DNA of 64,000 nucleotides from the human T2T-CHM13v2.0 reference genome, Homo sapiens (GCA_009914755.4 CP068257.2:26560001-26624000), one strand, 5' to 3'; positions 49,698 to 64,000 are shown, counted from the stretch's first letter. Notes: generated by a model from the sequence alone, not told the origin. Numbers and translations: made by a program.

Positions 49698-52680
49698 CTA
49701 AATTTAAATTTAATTTGAATAACCATTTGTCAGGATATTTAAAGCATTCCTTATCAAGGGAAAAGTTAGATTCAAACATTAATTTTTACTCATTTAATTA
49801 TTCAACAAGTATTAATTGTGTTGATATCATGGGCCAGACAATATATTCATAACACAAAGAAAAATAAAACATCTCAGCCTTCAAGAAGCACATAAATTAG
49901 TAGATTATTAATCCAAGATAGATGCATGCTTAAAATAAAGTTCTTTATCATTAGGCTCTTATCCCTGCTCATTACTGCCTTAGAGATTTTTGAGCCTTTG
50001 ATCATGGTATCCCCACATTAGCCTTCCAGATAATTCCATGAGAATACCTACAGCCCAAAGATGTTTTACACAAAGGAAAAAATAGTTTGAATCCTTCAAC
50101 ATGAATCATTATGGTTTAGATTATTGAAGTTTTCAATGCTTTATAATACCACTTCCAGATCTTTCTTATTCCATATAACACTTGTGAATAGGTACACTAA
50201 GAAGAGGCAACGGGCTCACAGGACTGAAGAAAGTCAGAAGAACGTGAAGATGGGAAAAGAAAGATGTTCTTGTAAGTTACATGCTCAGCTATGATCTAAT
50301 AGAAGAAGAAGAAATTAAAATAATTGTTTGTTGTGATATTTGAAAACTCAGCCGGTAACCCACCATGGGGATTTCACCACATTGTCTTCGGGAATACCTG
50401 AAGTTCCTGGTTCTGTAATACATTATTGAGGCATTTAAAAATTAAGGGAAATTGCATGACTCAATCTTTTCCAATAATGTTAGTTGGTGTAAAAAATAAC
50501 ATAGATTTTATTGTGGACACAAAAATTCCCAGAAGTGACATGCTTGCAAATAGTTACACTTTCAGTCAATTGATTTCTTTGAATTGTAGGATTTAAAGGA
50601 CTCAGTAAGCATGAACAGGAAAAACAGGTAAGTCAGTAAAATATTAACCACTGTGTTAGACTGGGAATGACAATTTTCAACAATGTTTTATGCTTCGTTA
50701 GTCAGTTAAATTCTCTATCAACATAGGCTTAGCAACCAGTTGAAAACCATGATCACATTCTGGAAATTCAGATTATGAATACTAAAGATACAGTCTCTTT
50801 TGTCATAATAGGCGACAGGTATTCCTTAAAAAGAGTAAATATAACATAGAAAAATACAAGTCCACATAAATAATAGAGAATTTATGGTTTAATTTTCTAA
50901 AGAAACCATTTCTTAATTGAGTTGGTTGTTATTTTTGTTTTTGTTTACTGTAAAGTTTATTCTTTCATGATTTAGTTGCTTTATATAAATGACTAGAAAA
51001 AAATGGAATGATCAGTCTTTTGAGAATTAGTGTATCATCATGTACATATTTGCCCTCTAACTTATAAAGAATTTTATGTGAAAAGGCAAGTATTTGTGTA
51101 CCTAAAGCATGTGATAATCTTGGCTCACTAAGTTGCCATTAAAAAGAGCAATTTAATATTTCCTAAACCAAATATTTCTTATGCATCATCTCATTGAAAT
51201 CTATAAGCTAGGTATTATTATTATTCTTCTTTTATTCTTACATTGGCAAATAAGAATCTGAGGGTTCAAAGACCCTTTACCTTGTCAAGTCCACACAACT
51301 AGCAAAAGATGAATCAGCACTCCATCTCAGGCAGTCAGAATTCAGAACTGAAGCTTTAAAATATCATGTATTATTGAGATATGTTCTCAAGCCACACAAA
51401 ACAGTGGTAACTGTGATGTAAAAAACCATCTGCATAGAAGTATGTTCTACTAAAAAATTCAGATGCACACACATGCATAAACAGAGTTATATATATCCAT
51501 ATATACACATGCATGCATACATACATATACATATAGGAAAAAAGGCTAAGACCAAAATAGTAATCACTGTTATAACTAGATGGTGGGATTATAGGTAACC
51601 CCTTCTATTTTGTTTTCTATGCTTTTCTATAGGTTTTCAACTTTCTACAAAAAAATACTTAGTTTTATTAACTAGCTCAGATTAATTGAAATCATTATCA
51701 ATTTTTTCTTATAATGCTAATAAACTTTGGATATAATCTATGACATCAATATATGATTATAATAATACATGAAAAGGTTTTATCTTCAATCTAGTAACTC
51801 TAAGTTTAATAACTTTGTTTTGAAGTTATGGGGGTTATTAAGAAATATTCTGGTCTGAAAACATTGCCGCCACCTATAACTTGAGTACTCATTCTAGGGA
51901 ATAAATATTATTCAACTACAACTTTTGCTAATATTTTATTCGATTTCAAACAGGCATTCTTGAATTGTATTCTGTTTTCTTGAGATTTAGATAAGATAAA
52001 ATATTTCACCACCACTTCACAGGATAAACACAATAAATATCAGCTAAGTATAGCCCATATACATCTGAAAAGGAATATCAAAAGTATCCAGTATTTATTT
52101 TTGAAAAATTACATTTTTATTTTTCCCTTCACATTTTTTCAGTTGAATAGGAACTCTCTTAATGGAATTCTGTTTAACCATTTGCTCACTCCTCTCTATT
52201 CCCCCATCACACTTCCTGTGCTGGTTTGCTTGCAGACTGCTCCCCTCCTCATTTTAGTGGTAGCTCCCAAGTCAATTGTTTTTCCTACATTTGTCATTCT
52301 CTTCAAAGCTGTTATCATAATCATATACATTAATTTACATATGAACAGATTAAATATAATTGTGAAAATTTGTCATTTCAATGGAAAAAAGATTAAATAA
52401 TTTGGGAAAACAAATATAAAACAAAATAAAAATGAATTTCTAAAAGAATTGATTTTAATTTTAGATGTGGAAAGAAGACAAGTGCAAAAGTTAGAGAAAA
52501 AATTAAAACCTAGAAAAAAATCTGTGCTTAAATTTCTGGGCAATATACCTAAATTCTTATTCTACTTTTAAAAAATGTCAATCAATGTCTTCTATAGACA
52601 TAACATTACTATAATGAAGATAACATATTTTAAATATACTTTAAATATGTGACCTAAAATAACCAGTATTGTATTCAAAT

Positions 52681-52782
52681 ACTTGGTATTCTATATGTGG
52701 AATCAGCTCCCTTAAACTTATTTTTTTTATACTTGGTATTCTATATGTGTGTAATCAGCTCCCTTAAACCTATTTTTTTCTG
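52681..52782. repeat. ~51-bp tandem duplication (2 copies, ~92% identical)
   Basis: acttggtattctatatgtggaatcagctcccttaaacttattttttttat / acttggtattctatatgtgtgtaatcagctcccttaaacctatttttttc. Confidence 0.9.
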
Positions 52783-55289
52783 GAAGCATGCTTATTTTAA
52801 AGCACTAATTTTTGTTTATATCACAAAAATAAATGTATCATATGACATGTATGTAATTACAGTAAAATGGATATGAAATTAATATGATGTGATGAAATTC
52901 AACTCAATTAAAATAACAAATTTAAATATACCAAACATGACTGAATTATTTATACAATGCTAATTACATCTGTTTTACAAATTTGATTTTACATTTTACT
53001 TCCAAATCCATCATAAGTTTTACAACTTAATAAACACTAAAAAGAATTCCTACACAGGTAATTTTGAGAAATCACAAAATATCATGAAAGAAGTCTTGTA
53101 AATTTATACATCAATGAGCATTTCAAAATGTATTAAATTTAAATGAACACTTGCCCATTTGGATTTAAAAGAGATATCCAATCCACATGAGTTCAACATA
53201 TCAGTGACAGTTTTAAGGAAAATTAACTCGAATTCAGTATGATTTTCAACAATTTAAGAACAGTTAAAACTTTCAAAAAACATGTAAATACATCCATTAT
53301 CAAACTAATTGACTTGCCACCATTCACGGCATTTTAACAACTAAACTGTTCGATAAAGATTGCCATGCACTATGATTGGTTGTCACATCAAATTCTAAAC
53401 ACTCGATTCAGAAAGAATCTCTGGGTTTTGTTTTTGAGAATATCTTTGAAACGAAACAGTCACCACACATATTAGTGATTCTCAGAAAGTTATTTGTACT
53501 ATGCGATTCAATTTTATACTTCTTTAAGTGGTATTTCCCAAAGTGAAAGTCACTCTGCAGTACATGTTGTCTAGATCAACATTGAGAAAAAATGAATATA
53601 CCTCTTTTTTTTCATATCCCCAATCCACTCTCCCTGAAAATAAACTTAAGAGTAAGCAGATATATTCAGTGCTATGGGGGAAAATATTGTAGGTAGGTTA
53701 GTTACACGTAAGAACTACTGCTACAAATAGTGAGATGGACATAAATGCCTTTCCTGTTTTATTTCAGATGGATATTGGAAGATTAGAATGAGAAAAAAAT
53801 AGATAAAAGACTGTTGAAAAAAATACGTAGTCTACGTATAGTTAAGAAAGAAGAGATCAAAACAAAAGAGCATGTCTCAACAGATGCTGGAAGAAAGTGC
53901 TAAACAGGAAAGAGCTGTGGCCCATATGGTAGGCTACATTCGCACTGTAAAACGAAAAGTTCTTCACATGGAGTATGTGTGCTTTGAGATGCCAAAGAGT
54001 GCATTAAGATATCTTGGCTCTAATTGGGGCCTCTGTAAATGTCAGTACATTTATCATGTTGTTTAGGCACCACACTATTTAAAACCACAGCAAAGGATTA
54101 TCTCCTTTTGGGTTGGTGTTTGGGGTCAAAAGCTCCTCAAAATTGTTTCAAGATTCAGGTTACTCTTTATTTTACTCAGTCTTAATCAGCATATGAGACT
54201 CTCTGGTCTCTTTCACAAAAGAATAATTTAAAGTACTTAATTAATGATTTATTAAATGTAAAGTCACTAAGTTTATTGATGATCCTATCATTAAAGAATA
54301 ATGTGGGTAAAAGGGCAATGCATATAATGAAATTAGGCTTCAAGAAAGAATAAAAAATGAACTACCTTTTAAAGAAAATCCAATAGTTTATGAGAAGCAT
54401 GACAAAATAAATAAGTAAAGGTACGGTGATAAGAACCAAATGGAAAAGAGAAGTCCATGTGCATTTGCCAATTTTATAGGAAAGTCGCCAACTGTAAATG
54501 CAACAAGGGATCTGAATGAAAGGCTTCCACACTACTTATTCCAGTTGCAGTACGTTATGGCTGTGGTTATTAGACAACTCTTCATGTTGGTACAATTGAA
54601 GTTTCCATTGGGCATTTAAGTCATTGCTGAAGTCATAAAAATTAAAAACAATCAAAATGAGTTATCATTATATATCAATGACAATTCCTATTTAATGAAT
54701 GAAATGTAATTTTCGTCTGCTTTCTAGGTTCCAGGCTGGTCTACAAGGCCAACTATAAGGAAGGTGTGTGATTTCATCTGAATACAAAAATTAAAGTAAT
54801 AACATGAGGAAAATCTCTCTTGGCTATCCGTGATTACATTTTCTCTTCTAAAAATAAAGCCGATGTTAACTGACTTGTCAATTATCCTGAACATTTCTGA
54901 GTAAAATTTCAAGCAAATTAAAATGTTTCTCAAAGTTTATTCTACATTCAGTAAAGCAGATACCACAAGTTACTAAAGTAATTAAGAAAATTGTAATTTA
55001 TTTGTGTGGCAAGACCTTACACATACAACCATCTGATCAAAATCATCTAAGATATATGATAAAAAATGAAATTCCGATAGTGAAAATAACCATGGTGAAA
55101 TATGGAAGTATTATCACGTCATCCATTTTCATGCAGATGGGAAGCTAAATCATAGGGTAACGAGCAAATCAAAATCAGAAATAAATAAAGAGGAAAGAAG
55201 GCAAAGTGTTTAGTTACGAAGAGATATGTGTGAACATCGCCACATTGTCAGTTTATGGTGACGTGAACACATCTCAATTCTAAATTTGT

Positions 55290-55390
55290 ATTTTTTTTTC
55301 TTTTTTTCATAAGAAACTCCACAGACTGCTTTTAGAAGATTTGGCAAAAGTAGACACTCAATAAATATTTGTTGAATGAAATGAATTTTT
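55290..55390 (+). mobile_element. MIR-like tail fragment (weak)
   Basis: ggcaaaagtagacactcaataaatatttgttgaatgaaatgaat matches the MIR 3' motif gcgctcaataaatgtttgttgaatgaatgaat. Confidence 0.35.
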
Positions 55391-57324
55391 ACTAGCAAAC
55401 AATATATACTCATTGGGGAATGTTGCATGCAGACTTTCACTGTAGCAAATGATACATACTGAGCTAAGTAAGCCTTTTCTGGAAAACTTAGCTTTGTCTC
55501 AATTAATTTGCCATAGTACTGGCCCAATCATACATCAAAGCCTCTCACATGTGGCATTTTGCTTCCTCTTCCAGAGGGTCATTCTGATCAATATTGCTGA
55601 AAATAGCTTATTTCGTTGTGTATTTCAGTTCTAGAGTTGTCAGATAAAATACAAAAAAAAACTAGTTAAATTTGTATATGAGTTAAACAACAATACTTTT
55701 TCAGTATGTCTCATGCAATACTCAGGATACCAGTCAGTAGTTGGAACTTTTTACTGAAAAATTATTCATTATTAATCTTAAATCCCAATTTAACTAGGTG
55801 TCCTGTGTTTTTATTTGTTAAGTCTGGTAACCTTATTCAAGTCAGTATGCAGGCTGTGCCTATAAACTTCACTGAAACTGACAGCATCATGAAACATTTA
55901 CTGGCTCTGTCTTCTGGGGAAGAAAGTCTAGTCAGTGGAGTATTGTGACTGGTTCCACTCTTCTCACGCACTGTAAACATGTTTAAAATGCATTCCTTTT
56001 TTTAAATAATATTAATGTAAAGCTAAAGATGTTTAGAAAAAAACAACGGGTTTCATAGTGTCTGTCTTTTGCTGTCAAATCATCTCAGTGTGTGGCAAAT
56101 GGATGACCTTTCAAATGTCTTAGAGAGACATAAACCATGTTTTTCATCTCAAGATCAGACTGAGAAAAAGGGGGAAAATGTGTTAACTCCATGTGTGAAA
56201 AAGAAGAGAGATGGGAGTGGAACTTAATTACATAAACTTGTCATAGAATTAATTCATCATACTCAGTACATAGAGATATTTTTCACAATTTCAGAACATT
56301 CTGGAGTGTAACTAATTGAAACATGACTCATTGATGAGCAGTAATTCCAGTCATTCCGGCCACTGCATGAGATATTGTTGAAAGCAAGTGTACAGCCAGA
56401 AAATGATTATTCATATACTATCAATGGAGTTGTAGCTCACTTAGCAATTAAGAGTCATTTTTACTTCCCAATCTATAAGCGTTTCTAACGCATCTTTGAA
56501 GGTTTTCTGTAAAACTTCCCATAGAAATATATGAGGAGGAGGTATTTTTCTGTTTCGAATTTTATTTTTGTAGCATACACTGTTCTCAATCCATTGCCTC
56601 CACATTAAAAACACAATTCAAATGCTTGAAACAATACTCTGCACTTATTATGCATACATTTTTACCATATAGTGGCTCCTTATTATGATTTTGACTTTGC
56701 CTATAATGGACTGAACTTATTTTCCCAGAGGAGAAGATAGCAAGGAAAAGAAATTTTTTTTAAATTAAAAACTCCAAATTATCCCCCTCGTCTTGCATGT
56801 TTGTTCCATCCTTATTATGGATATGGGACAGAATTATCACTTTCTGGAATGTTTTCACTTAGTGGAGTATTGTGCTGTGGACACCCTGACATATTTCAGG
56901 GCGTGTTTTGAGCCTCTTTTGCCTCCTCCTTTCAGCACGCTATGCAGATGTGCCGCTGATGGCATTTCGTGACTAACTTTCAAGTCTACATTTGGTCTTA
57001 CACTGTGAAAAAAAATACATTGTTTTATTAGCTTTGATTTTTAAATAGCAATAATGAAGTTATAATTTCACCTATGCATTTAAGGTATATTTCATCCAGA
57101 GCATATAATCACTTAGTAGTGTTAACCAAAATGAATGTTAAAGTGCTTTAGAAATCTATGCAATTCAAATAAATGCTAAATCTACCTTCAATGGGGCTAA
57201 ACTCACAGGCCCATAACAACTACTTATATAGCACTTACGTTGTATTAGTTATTACAAGTAATCTAGGGATGATTGAAAGCATATGAGAAAATATACATAG
57301 GTTATATGTAAATACTATGCCTTT

Positions 57325-57513
57325 TTAAATTATTTATTTGTTTGTTTGTTTGTTTGTTTATTTTTTGAGACAGAGTCTTGCTCTATTGCCCAGGCTGGAG
57401 TGCAGTGGCATGGTCTTAGTTCACCCCAACATCTGCCTCCTGGGTTCAAGTGATTCTCCCGCCTCACCCTCCTGAGTAGTTGGGATTATAGGTGTGCGCC
57501 ACCACACCCATAC
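57325..57513 (-). mobile_element. 5'-truncated Alu (right monomer only) in minus orientation with (TTTG)n/(T)n tail
   Basis: tttgtttgtttgtttgtttgtttattttttgagacagagtcttgctctattgcccaggctggagtgcagtggcatggtcttagttcaccccaacatctgcctcctgggttcaagtgattctcccgcctcaccctcctgagtagttgggattataggtgtgcgccaccacacccatac. The Alu stops at the mid-A-rich linker. Confidence 0.85.
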
Positions 57514-57948
57514 TATGCCATTTTATATAAAGGACTTGAGCATTCACAGATTTTGGTATCTGTGGGGGTCCTGGATCAATCCCCCATGAATGCCAAAGAA
57601 CAACTATATATACTATGTTCGAGGGCCATTTGTAGATATTCAAGATGCATAAGCAAATAAAGACAGGAATTTCTATTTTCATAAAGCTTCAGGTCTAAAA
57701 GCCACATATGTGAAATCAAACCAAAGGAACACAGTTAACTTCCCCACTAGAAAGTCAACCTTTGGAAGATGATTTTTTTCCTCTACCTCCAAGAATAGGG
57801 TATAAAACAAAGGAAGGACTCTATGTACACTTGTTGAATTAATCTGCATATCAAGACAGAATGTAATGCAAATACAAATCTCTATTCTGTCTGGGTCTTA
57901 TACATCATACCTATAAAAAGTTGATCACTAAAATGCCTTCTGCCAAAC

Positions 57949-58016
57949 ACTCTGAAATACTATTGTCATATTTCTGATTACCACTCTGAAATACTATTGT
58001 CATATTTCTGATTACC
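57949..58016. repeat. Perfect 34-bp tandem duplication (2 copies)
   Basis: actctgaaatactattgtcatatttctgattacc repeated back-to-back (57949-57982 and 57983-58016). Confidence 0.9.
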
Positions 58017-58038
58017 CCTTATTCTTGAATATATATAA

Positions 58039-58060
58039 ACACACACACACACACACACAC
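58039..58060. repeat. (AC)11 perfect microsatellite
   Basis: acacacacacacacacacacac. Confidence 0.95.
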
Positions 58061-58862
58061 AAAAGTAGTTTCATTCTGCAAGAATATTAGACAACACAAA
58101 ATGTATGTGTCAAGGTGAGACAAATAGAGGCAAGGTATCAGGGCTGCTTAACACCTAACATGACACTTAGATTGTTTCTTTAATGTAAGATATAAGCAGA
58201 CCTTTCACATAATGTGGTAACAGCAGAATTAGCTTAGTAGTAATCACCATTCCTGGAAAGATAACTCAGAACAAATAACTGAAAAATTCATCATCTTTTA
58301 TGAGAGAGGACATCATTTTAGAGCTAGGATAAATATGGATATTGACTAGAGAAAAGATAAAACAAGTGTGGTAACTTTGTGCAGAACCTATTCATATCAG
58401 GAAGAGAGTGGATATTTTTGTGAGCCTAAACATATTTTTGGACCCAAAAGCAGAATTCATCTAAACAAAAACCATTGTCATGGCTGGTTCCATATAACAA
58501 GTGTAATATGTCCTGGAAAGTAGCCTATGGTAAGAGTGGTTGCCTGATCCAGTTACTGTGAACATTATTCGGTGAAAAGTTCTGCCTAACAAATGCATTC
58601 ACCAGTCCTGCTATGGAGGAACAGGTCTCTAAAACAAAGACATTGTTTCATATTATCATTCTTGGATTGGTGTATCTGAATATAATATAAGCTATTCTTA
58701 AACAGGCTTTTAAAAAATATTGAGTTGAGATTTGGGGAGTTGAGGTTTGAAGAGAATGAAGGTCTAAGGCACTCATAACAGTGGAAATAACTTCCTTTAG
58801 GGACTAAAAGTCTAATGTTTGTAACAAAAAAGATATTTGGTGGTAAAACTAGAATAATAAAG

Positions 58863-58918
58863 ATATAATATAATATAATATAATATAATATAATATAATA
58901 TAATATAATATAATATAA
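58863..58918. repeat. (TAATA)11 perfect pentanucleotide microsatellite
   Basis: ataatataatataatataatataatataatataatataatataatataatataa. The minus-strand 126-aa ORF with ILYYIILYYI... is a translation of this. Confidence 0.95.
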
Positions 58919-61019
58919 AACTGAAACTGCACATTTTAGCAATCCTAAACAAATTTTTAAAACCATATGGGTCTATATGAAATGTTTAATGTAGGTCCTT
59001 ACTAAAATTATATTTATATGTGAGGAAGTAATTTTGATGCTTTCATCAAATTCGAAGCTGCCCGTATACACAGAGCTCTTATTAGCAATGCAAAGAGTAT
59101 GAAGACATGTAAAGAAACATGCACTTTCAGTAATACAGGATGGAAACCGAGAAGCACTGTTAATAATGAGTATGAGGGAGGAAGTTGATCCAAATTTCAG
59201 AGGCTTTGGAACTGCATAGGAATGAGTTTTCAGGTTATTAGTTTCATTGCTCACTAACTAGACAGCCTTGAGAGCTTAATAATTAACCAGAGTCTATTTA
59301 TAGTATTTTTAAAACATGGTCATTCCTAGGAGTTCTGGGCTGTTTATCATACTGCTCTGAGTTGACAAGGTCATGCAGAATTTTCGTGTGAAGAGAGACT
59401 GTAACCTCAAGGTCCAAATTCCCTAGGCTGTGTTGGAGGTACACTGGTATGAGAAAGTGATAACAGAGCAGGCTGGGCTTTTTATCTTCCCCAGATCCTC
59501 TGGAACATCTCTTTGAAGGCCTTTTTACCTAGGTGCAATTTTGTCCCCCTTCCATTAAAGATTACTCAATTATCTCAATAGCTTCTACTAGGGATAAGTG
59601 AATTTACCTCAGCCTTCTAAAAGGAAACCAGACTCCTACAAGTTGCTAAAATACACTTGCTAACCCATGACCAGGTCACAAATAAACTTGCTTATAAAAT
59701 TTATGTGGATTCTTCGCTTCACGTGTCGCTCCTCTACTCCACTTTGAGCCTTCTTCTACTAACGTGTTTTCTTTTTTTAATAATGAACATCTGTGACAGC
59801 ATCTTTGCCAAAATAAATAAAATTAAGAAGATGATTCTGTGGGTTATGCTAAACAATTTTTTAAACAGGTTCAGATTTCTTCTGAACGGAGTACGAAATA
59901 AATGTCTCCATATGCTGGTTCCTGTTTATTATTGTGTGTGAGAGAGAGAAAGGCAAAGCTAAGAGAGAGAGTTAGAAAGACAGACCATAATTATAGAGTC
60001 ATTAAAAGTTACTTAACACAGTTTTATAAGTGACTTCTTAATTAAGAAATGTTTTCAATACAAAGCAGTCCTGCTTTCTCATTCAATAAGTTTTGATGTA
60101 TATTTTCCAAAATGTTTTTATTTCTGTCATTAAGAGGAAAGCCAGTCCATTTTGGTGTTGGACTTGCTGGAAGTGTTGTGGCCATCAATGTTATCAGTTT
60201 TGCTCCTGGCTAAAGTAAAATCCTGTTCTTCCTCTGCTGTGCTTCTTTTCTGGCTTTACATGCACAAAACAGACTGTACAAACACGTCAGGAAAGGACAA
60301 CAAAGGCTAACTCTTTCCATTGCATCACAGATTTGAGACAATGAAGACAAATGTTGATTAATCCACGATGCTTCAGAACTATTTTGTCTGATAATAATAT
60401 TTACACCAGCCTTCTTCGCTTCCTTTTTTTCAAGATGTATCTTTTCTTTCTTTCTTTACCTTCAAACTATCTACTTCCTTTGGTTTTAGATTTGTTTGTC
60501 ATTAGCAGGACAAAGTTACAGTTTTATTCTATTTGCTAGCCTAATCTGCAAATCTTTGTCTCTAACAGGAGCATTTATTAAATTTTCCTTTAATGTTAAT
60601 ACTCCTTTATCTAGGCCTGAGTCCCTGCTCCTAATTGGTGACTTCTCTATCTTTGGCTGGTCCTGTTTATCTTTCTCTCCTTTTTTCCTTTCCCTTGGTT
60701 AATTTTTATTTTATTTTTTATCCTCTTCTACTGGATCTCTTTCCTGCTTCTGATTTCTATATTACTGTTGTAAATTTTAATTCAATCTTTTTTAACTATA
60801 TGACATTTTATTATTGTTTTATAAATGAATATCTGTTTTGATTAGTGATTCTTACATTTAGATAAGGAATTCTCAAAACTGACCCCAAGGAATATTTGGC
60901 AAAACACAGTGACATTACTGACTGCCACAATTGGGAGCTAAGGGTAAAAGGTGATACTGGAATCTAGCGGGAGAGGAAAAGAATACTGCTAAATGACTTG
61001 CAATAAACAGGACAGCTCC

Positions 61020-61375
61020 TGTATTAGTCTGTTTTCACACTGCTAAAAAGAACTGCTGGAGACTGCGTAATTTATAAAGAAAAGAGGTTTAACTGACTCA
61101 CAGTTCCTTATGCATGGGGATGCCTCAGGAAACTAACAATCATGATGGAAGAGGAAGCAGGCATATCTTACACAGCAGCAGGAGAGAAAGAGAGTGAGCA
61201 GGAGAAATTACCATTTATAAAATCATCAGCCCTCATGAGAACTCACTATCACAAGAACAGCATGGGGGAAACTGTCATCAAGATCCATTCACCTCCCACG
61301 AGGTATCTTGTTAGATACATGGGGATTACAGTTCGAGATGAGATTTGGGTGGGGACACAGAGCCGAACTATATCA
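61020..61375 (-). mobile_element. Solo ERVL-MaLR LTR, THE1/MST family; putative 5-bp TSD gctcc/cctcc
   Basis: tgtattagtctgttttcacactgctaaaaagaactgctggagactgcgtaatttataaagaaaagaggtttaactgactcacagttccttatgcatggggatgcctcaggaaactaacaatcatgatggaagaggaagcagg...cacctcccacgaggtatcttgttagatacatggggattacagttcgagatgagatttgggtggggacacagagccgaactatatca. The 121-aa and 128-aa plus-strand ORFs overlapping it are LTR-derived. Confidence 0.8.
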
Positions 61376-62142
61376 CCTCCCTACAGCAGAGAGTTCCTGG
61401 CTCAAAATGTCAATCACACTGATCTTGAGAAACTCTGGTTTCAGTTTAGCCATATTTGCCACTTTCTTTGCATTTCATTTTTCTTGCTTCCCATACTTTA
61501 CGTCTGAGCTCACTGTCCCTCTACATGAATCAAGGGTATATTCTCAACAAACTCAGTTTTTGTTGTTGTTCTCTCTCTCTCTCTTTCCTTCAGCTTCTTT
61601 TAACTTTATCTTTATCCTTGAAATTTATTTTGCAAAGTATGAAATTATAGAACGGAAGTTTTCTTTGGGTTACACATCAACTGTGGACAAATAAGCTGGC
61701 AACTTAGTACTCACTCATTTGAAAGAAACCTTCCCTTTTATCTCTGACTGTTATGCAGCTCTTCCTTCAGGTATTTGATGTACTGATGTGCACTATGGTG
61801 TATCACAGTGTAGATTTCTTATTATTTTTCCTGCTCGGAGTTCACTGGGCTTTTTGAATCTGCGAACAAGTATATTTAATCACTTCTGGAAAATTCTTAA
61901 CTATTACTTCTTCTTCACATTTTGCCACTGTTTCTCCCCTCTCTACTCTTCTTAAAGACCAATTAAACATGTTGGAGCATATTCAGAACCTCCATGTCTC
62001 ATAACCACTTTTTCATGTTTTCCATCTTTTTTGGCCCCTTGTGCACCATTCTGGATATAGATCCTAGATTACTAATTATCTCTTTAATTGTAGTATTCTG
62101 ATGTTCAACCAAACCATTGAGATTTTTCTGTTAGTTATTTGA

Positions 62143-62461
<319 letters not shown>

Positions 62462-64000
62462 CCCAATTTGATTTTTTCCCCAAATCTGCTATGCTTCATT
62501 TCATATTTCCCATTTCTTCCAGATTTTAAAGCTAGTGTTTTATTTCTTTAAAAGAGTAAGAATAGTGAATTTTTATTATCTGTAATCACTACATTTAAAA
62601 TACATGCAGATCTATTTCTTCTGTTTCTTTTTTTTTCCTGCTGTTTCTTGCTCATGATATTTTGTTTTATTGTGTACTCAGTTGTCTTAGAAGGATATGC
62701 CCATTTTACAAAAAGAATATTTACAGGACTCTTTAAGGACTAGATGAGGTTGCCCTCCTCAAGATGATTTGGCTTTGCTTCTAGGTACACTAAGAGTCTG
62801 AGAATTCTTCAATTCAAGTTCATAGTTTGAGGACACTGAAAACACTAATCTCAGGATGTGAATGCAAAACTTCAGGGACTGTTTTCTACCTTTCTTTGTC
62901 TCCTAAGCTCATATATGCCCTAAGCGTGTAACTCTTTAATGACCCAGCTTAATGATGGGAGGGTCTTTACTACATTTCCCACCTTGATGGGTTCAAGACC
63001 TTGATTCTTCAAGGCCACAAATATGAAGCCCAAATCTACTTAGATCGTTCAATGCCTTTGGGACAAAAGTGGGTTTATTTCTACGTGCCTGCTCACATAT
63101 CTGGACACCTGCTTCCCCTACAATTTTGTCCCAGTTGCTCCTCATTGGCTAATCTAATCTTCAATACTTTTAGAGACATTTAAAAAAAATACATGTTCTG
63201 TACTATTAATGGCTTTTACAAAAGGATGTGCTCAATAACTAGCCAATATTAAAGTAACTTGTTAAAACATGGTGTCTTATATGTAATGCTCAGTGAATAT
63301 CTACAGCTTGTCGGTGATTAAAATTTCTAATATTCTTGACATAAAGTCATTGTATGATGCACTAGGATGTTAGGAGTCTAATGGATAACATTTATTATGA
63401 CTTAGAGTTATTATGAAGGTTAAATAAAAATTAAATAAATTGCTATCCACATGAATATATTATGCTTATGTTGGCAAAGCTAAAAATTTGGTATCTCACC
63501 TAATGAAAATATTAACAATTTCAGTTAGCTTTTGATGTAATAATAACAGATATCATAGAGTTGAGGTTTGTCATACTCCAGGTACCTGTATTATCTCATT
63601 TAATCATCAAATCTATCTCTAAGAAATAGATCATTTTACAGAAGAAAAACAATGGAACACAAGGAAGTTAAAGTACCTAAAGTCACACAGCTGGTAAGTG
63701 ACGAAGACAGAATTAGGCCTCAAGACTATAACTCTTGAACCCATGATCTTAACTATATGAAATTACTTTATTTCCACATGTTGGCTTCTATAGAATCAAT
63801 TTTATTTATAGGAAGCTGGTAAACAATTAAGTCAATGACAAAAACTTTTAACATTCCTAAAATCCCTAATAAATATAAATCCATATTTTCACTTTGTCCT
63901 GGAGGACTTACTTGCAAAAGAAATGGATCATTCTTTTAAAAATTTAAGTTTCATTCCTAAGAGACCTTATTTAATTTTATATCTCTGATCACCAAAATAT

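Noticed and set aside
58586-58966. 126-aa minus-strand ORF with ILYYIILYYI repeats
   Set aside because: Generated by reading through the (TAATA)11 microsatellite.
61142-61694. Overlapping 121-aa, 128-aa and 64-aa plus-strand ORFs
   Set aside because: They lie within the minus-oriented THE1/MST solo LTR and the adjacent CT-rich low-complexity tract. There is no domain signal.

Overview
This window is not prokaryotic. It reads as primate (human-like) nuclear genomic DNA. It is AT-rich and has no long open reading frames: the largest six-frame ORFs (up to 154 aa) are low-complexity or repeat-derived. Most of the window is interspersed repeats. I recognise by eye at least seven Alu SINEs with A-tails (8353, 8997, 9485, 15432, 39701, 57325, 62165), about ten L1 LINE fragments on both strands, several MIR fragments, and five ERVL-MaLR-type LTR elements, all on the minus strand. 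The L1 pieces include two ~2.4-kb old L1 ORF2-3'UTR bodies, three short 3'-end-only insertions, and one 1.35-kb piece that is L1 5'UTR only. There are also many microsatellites: (CA)n, (GAAA/GGAA)n, (TAATA)n, (AAC)n. The most structured object is a 2.87-kb ERV-L-like provirus remnant at 20423-23288 on the minus strand. It has two LTR copies in direct orientation, a perfect 5-bp target-site duplication (ACCTG), and decayed pol frames for the RNaseH end, integrase (HHCC finger plus catalytic core) and a C-terminal dUTPase domain. I see no CRISPR array, operon structure, rRNA/tRNA gene or CpG island, and I cannot call any cellular exon with confidence. The window looks like gene-poor intergenic or deep intronic DNA. 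All repeat calls come from remembered consensus sequences without computed alignments. Ancient repeats (L2, DNA transposons, old LTRs) are probably under-called.
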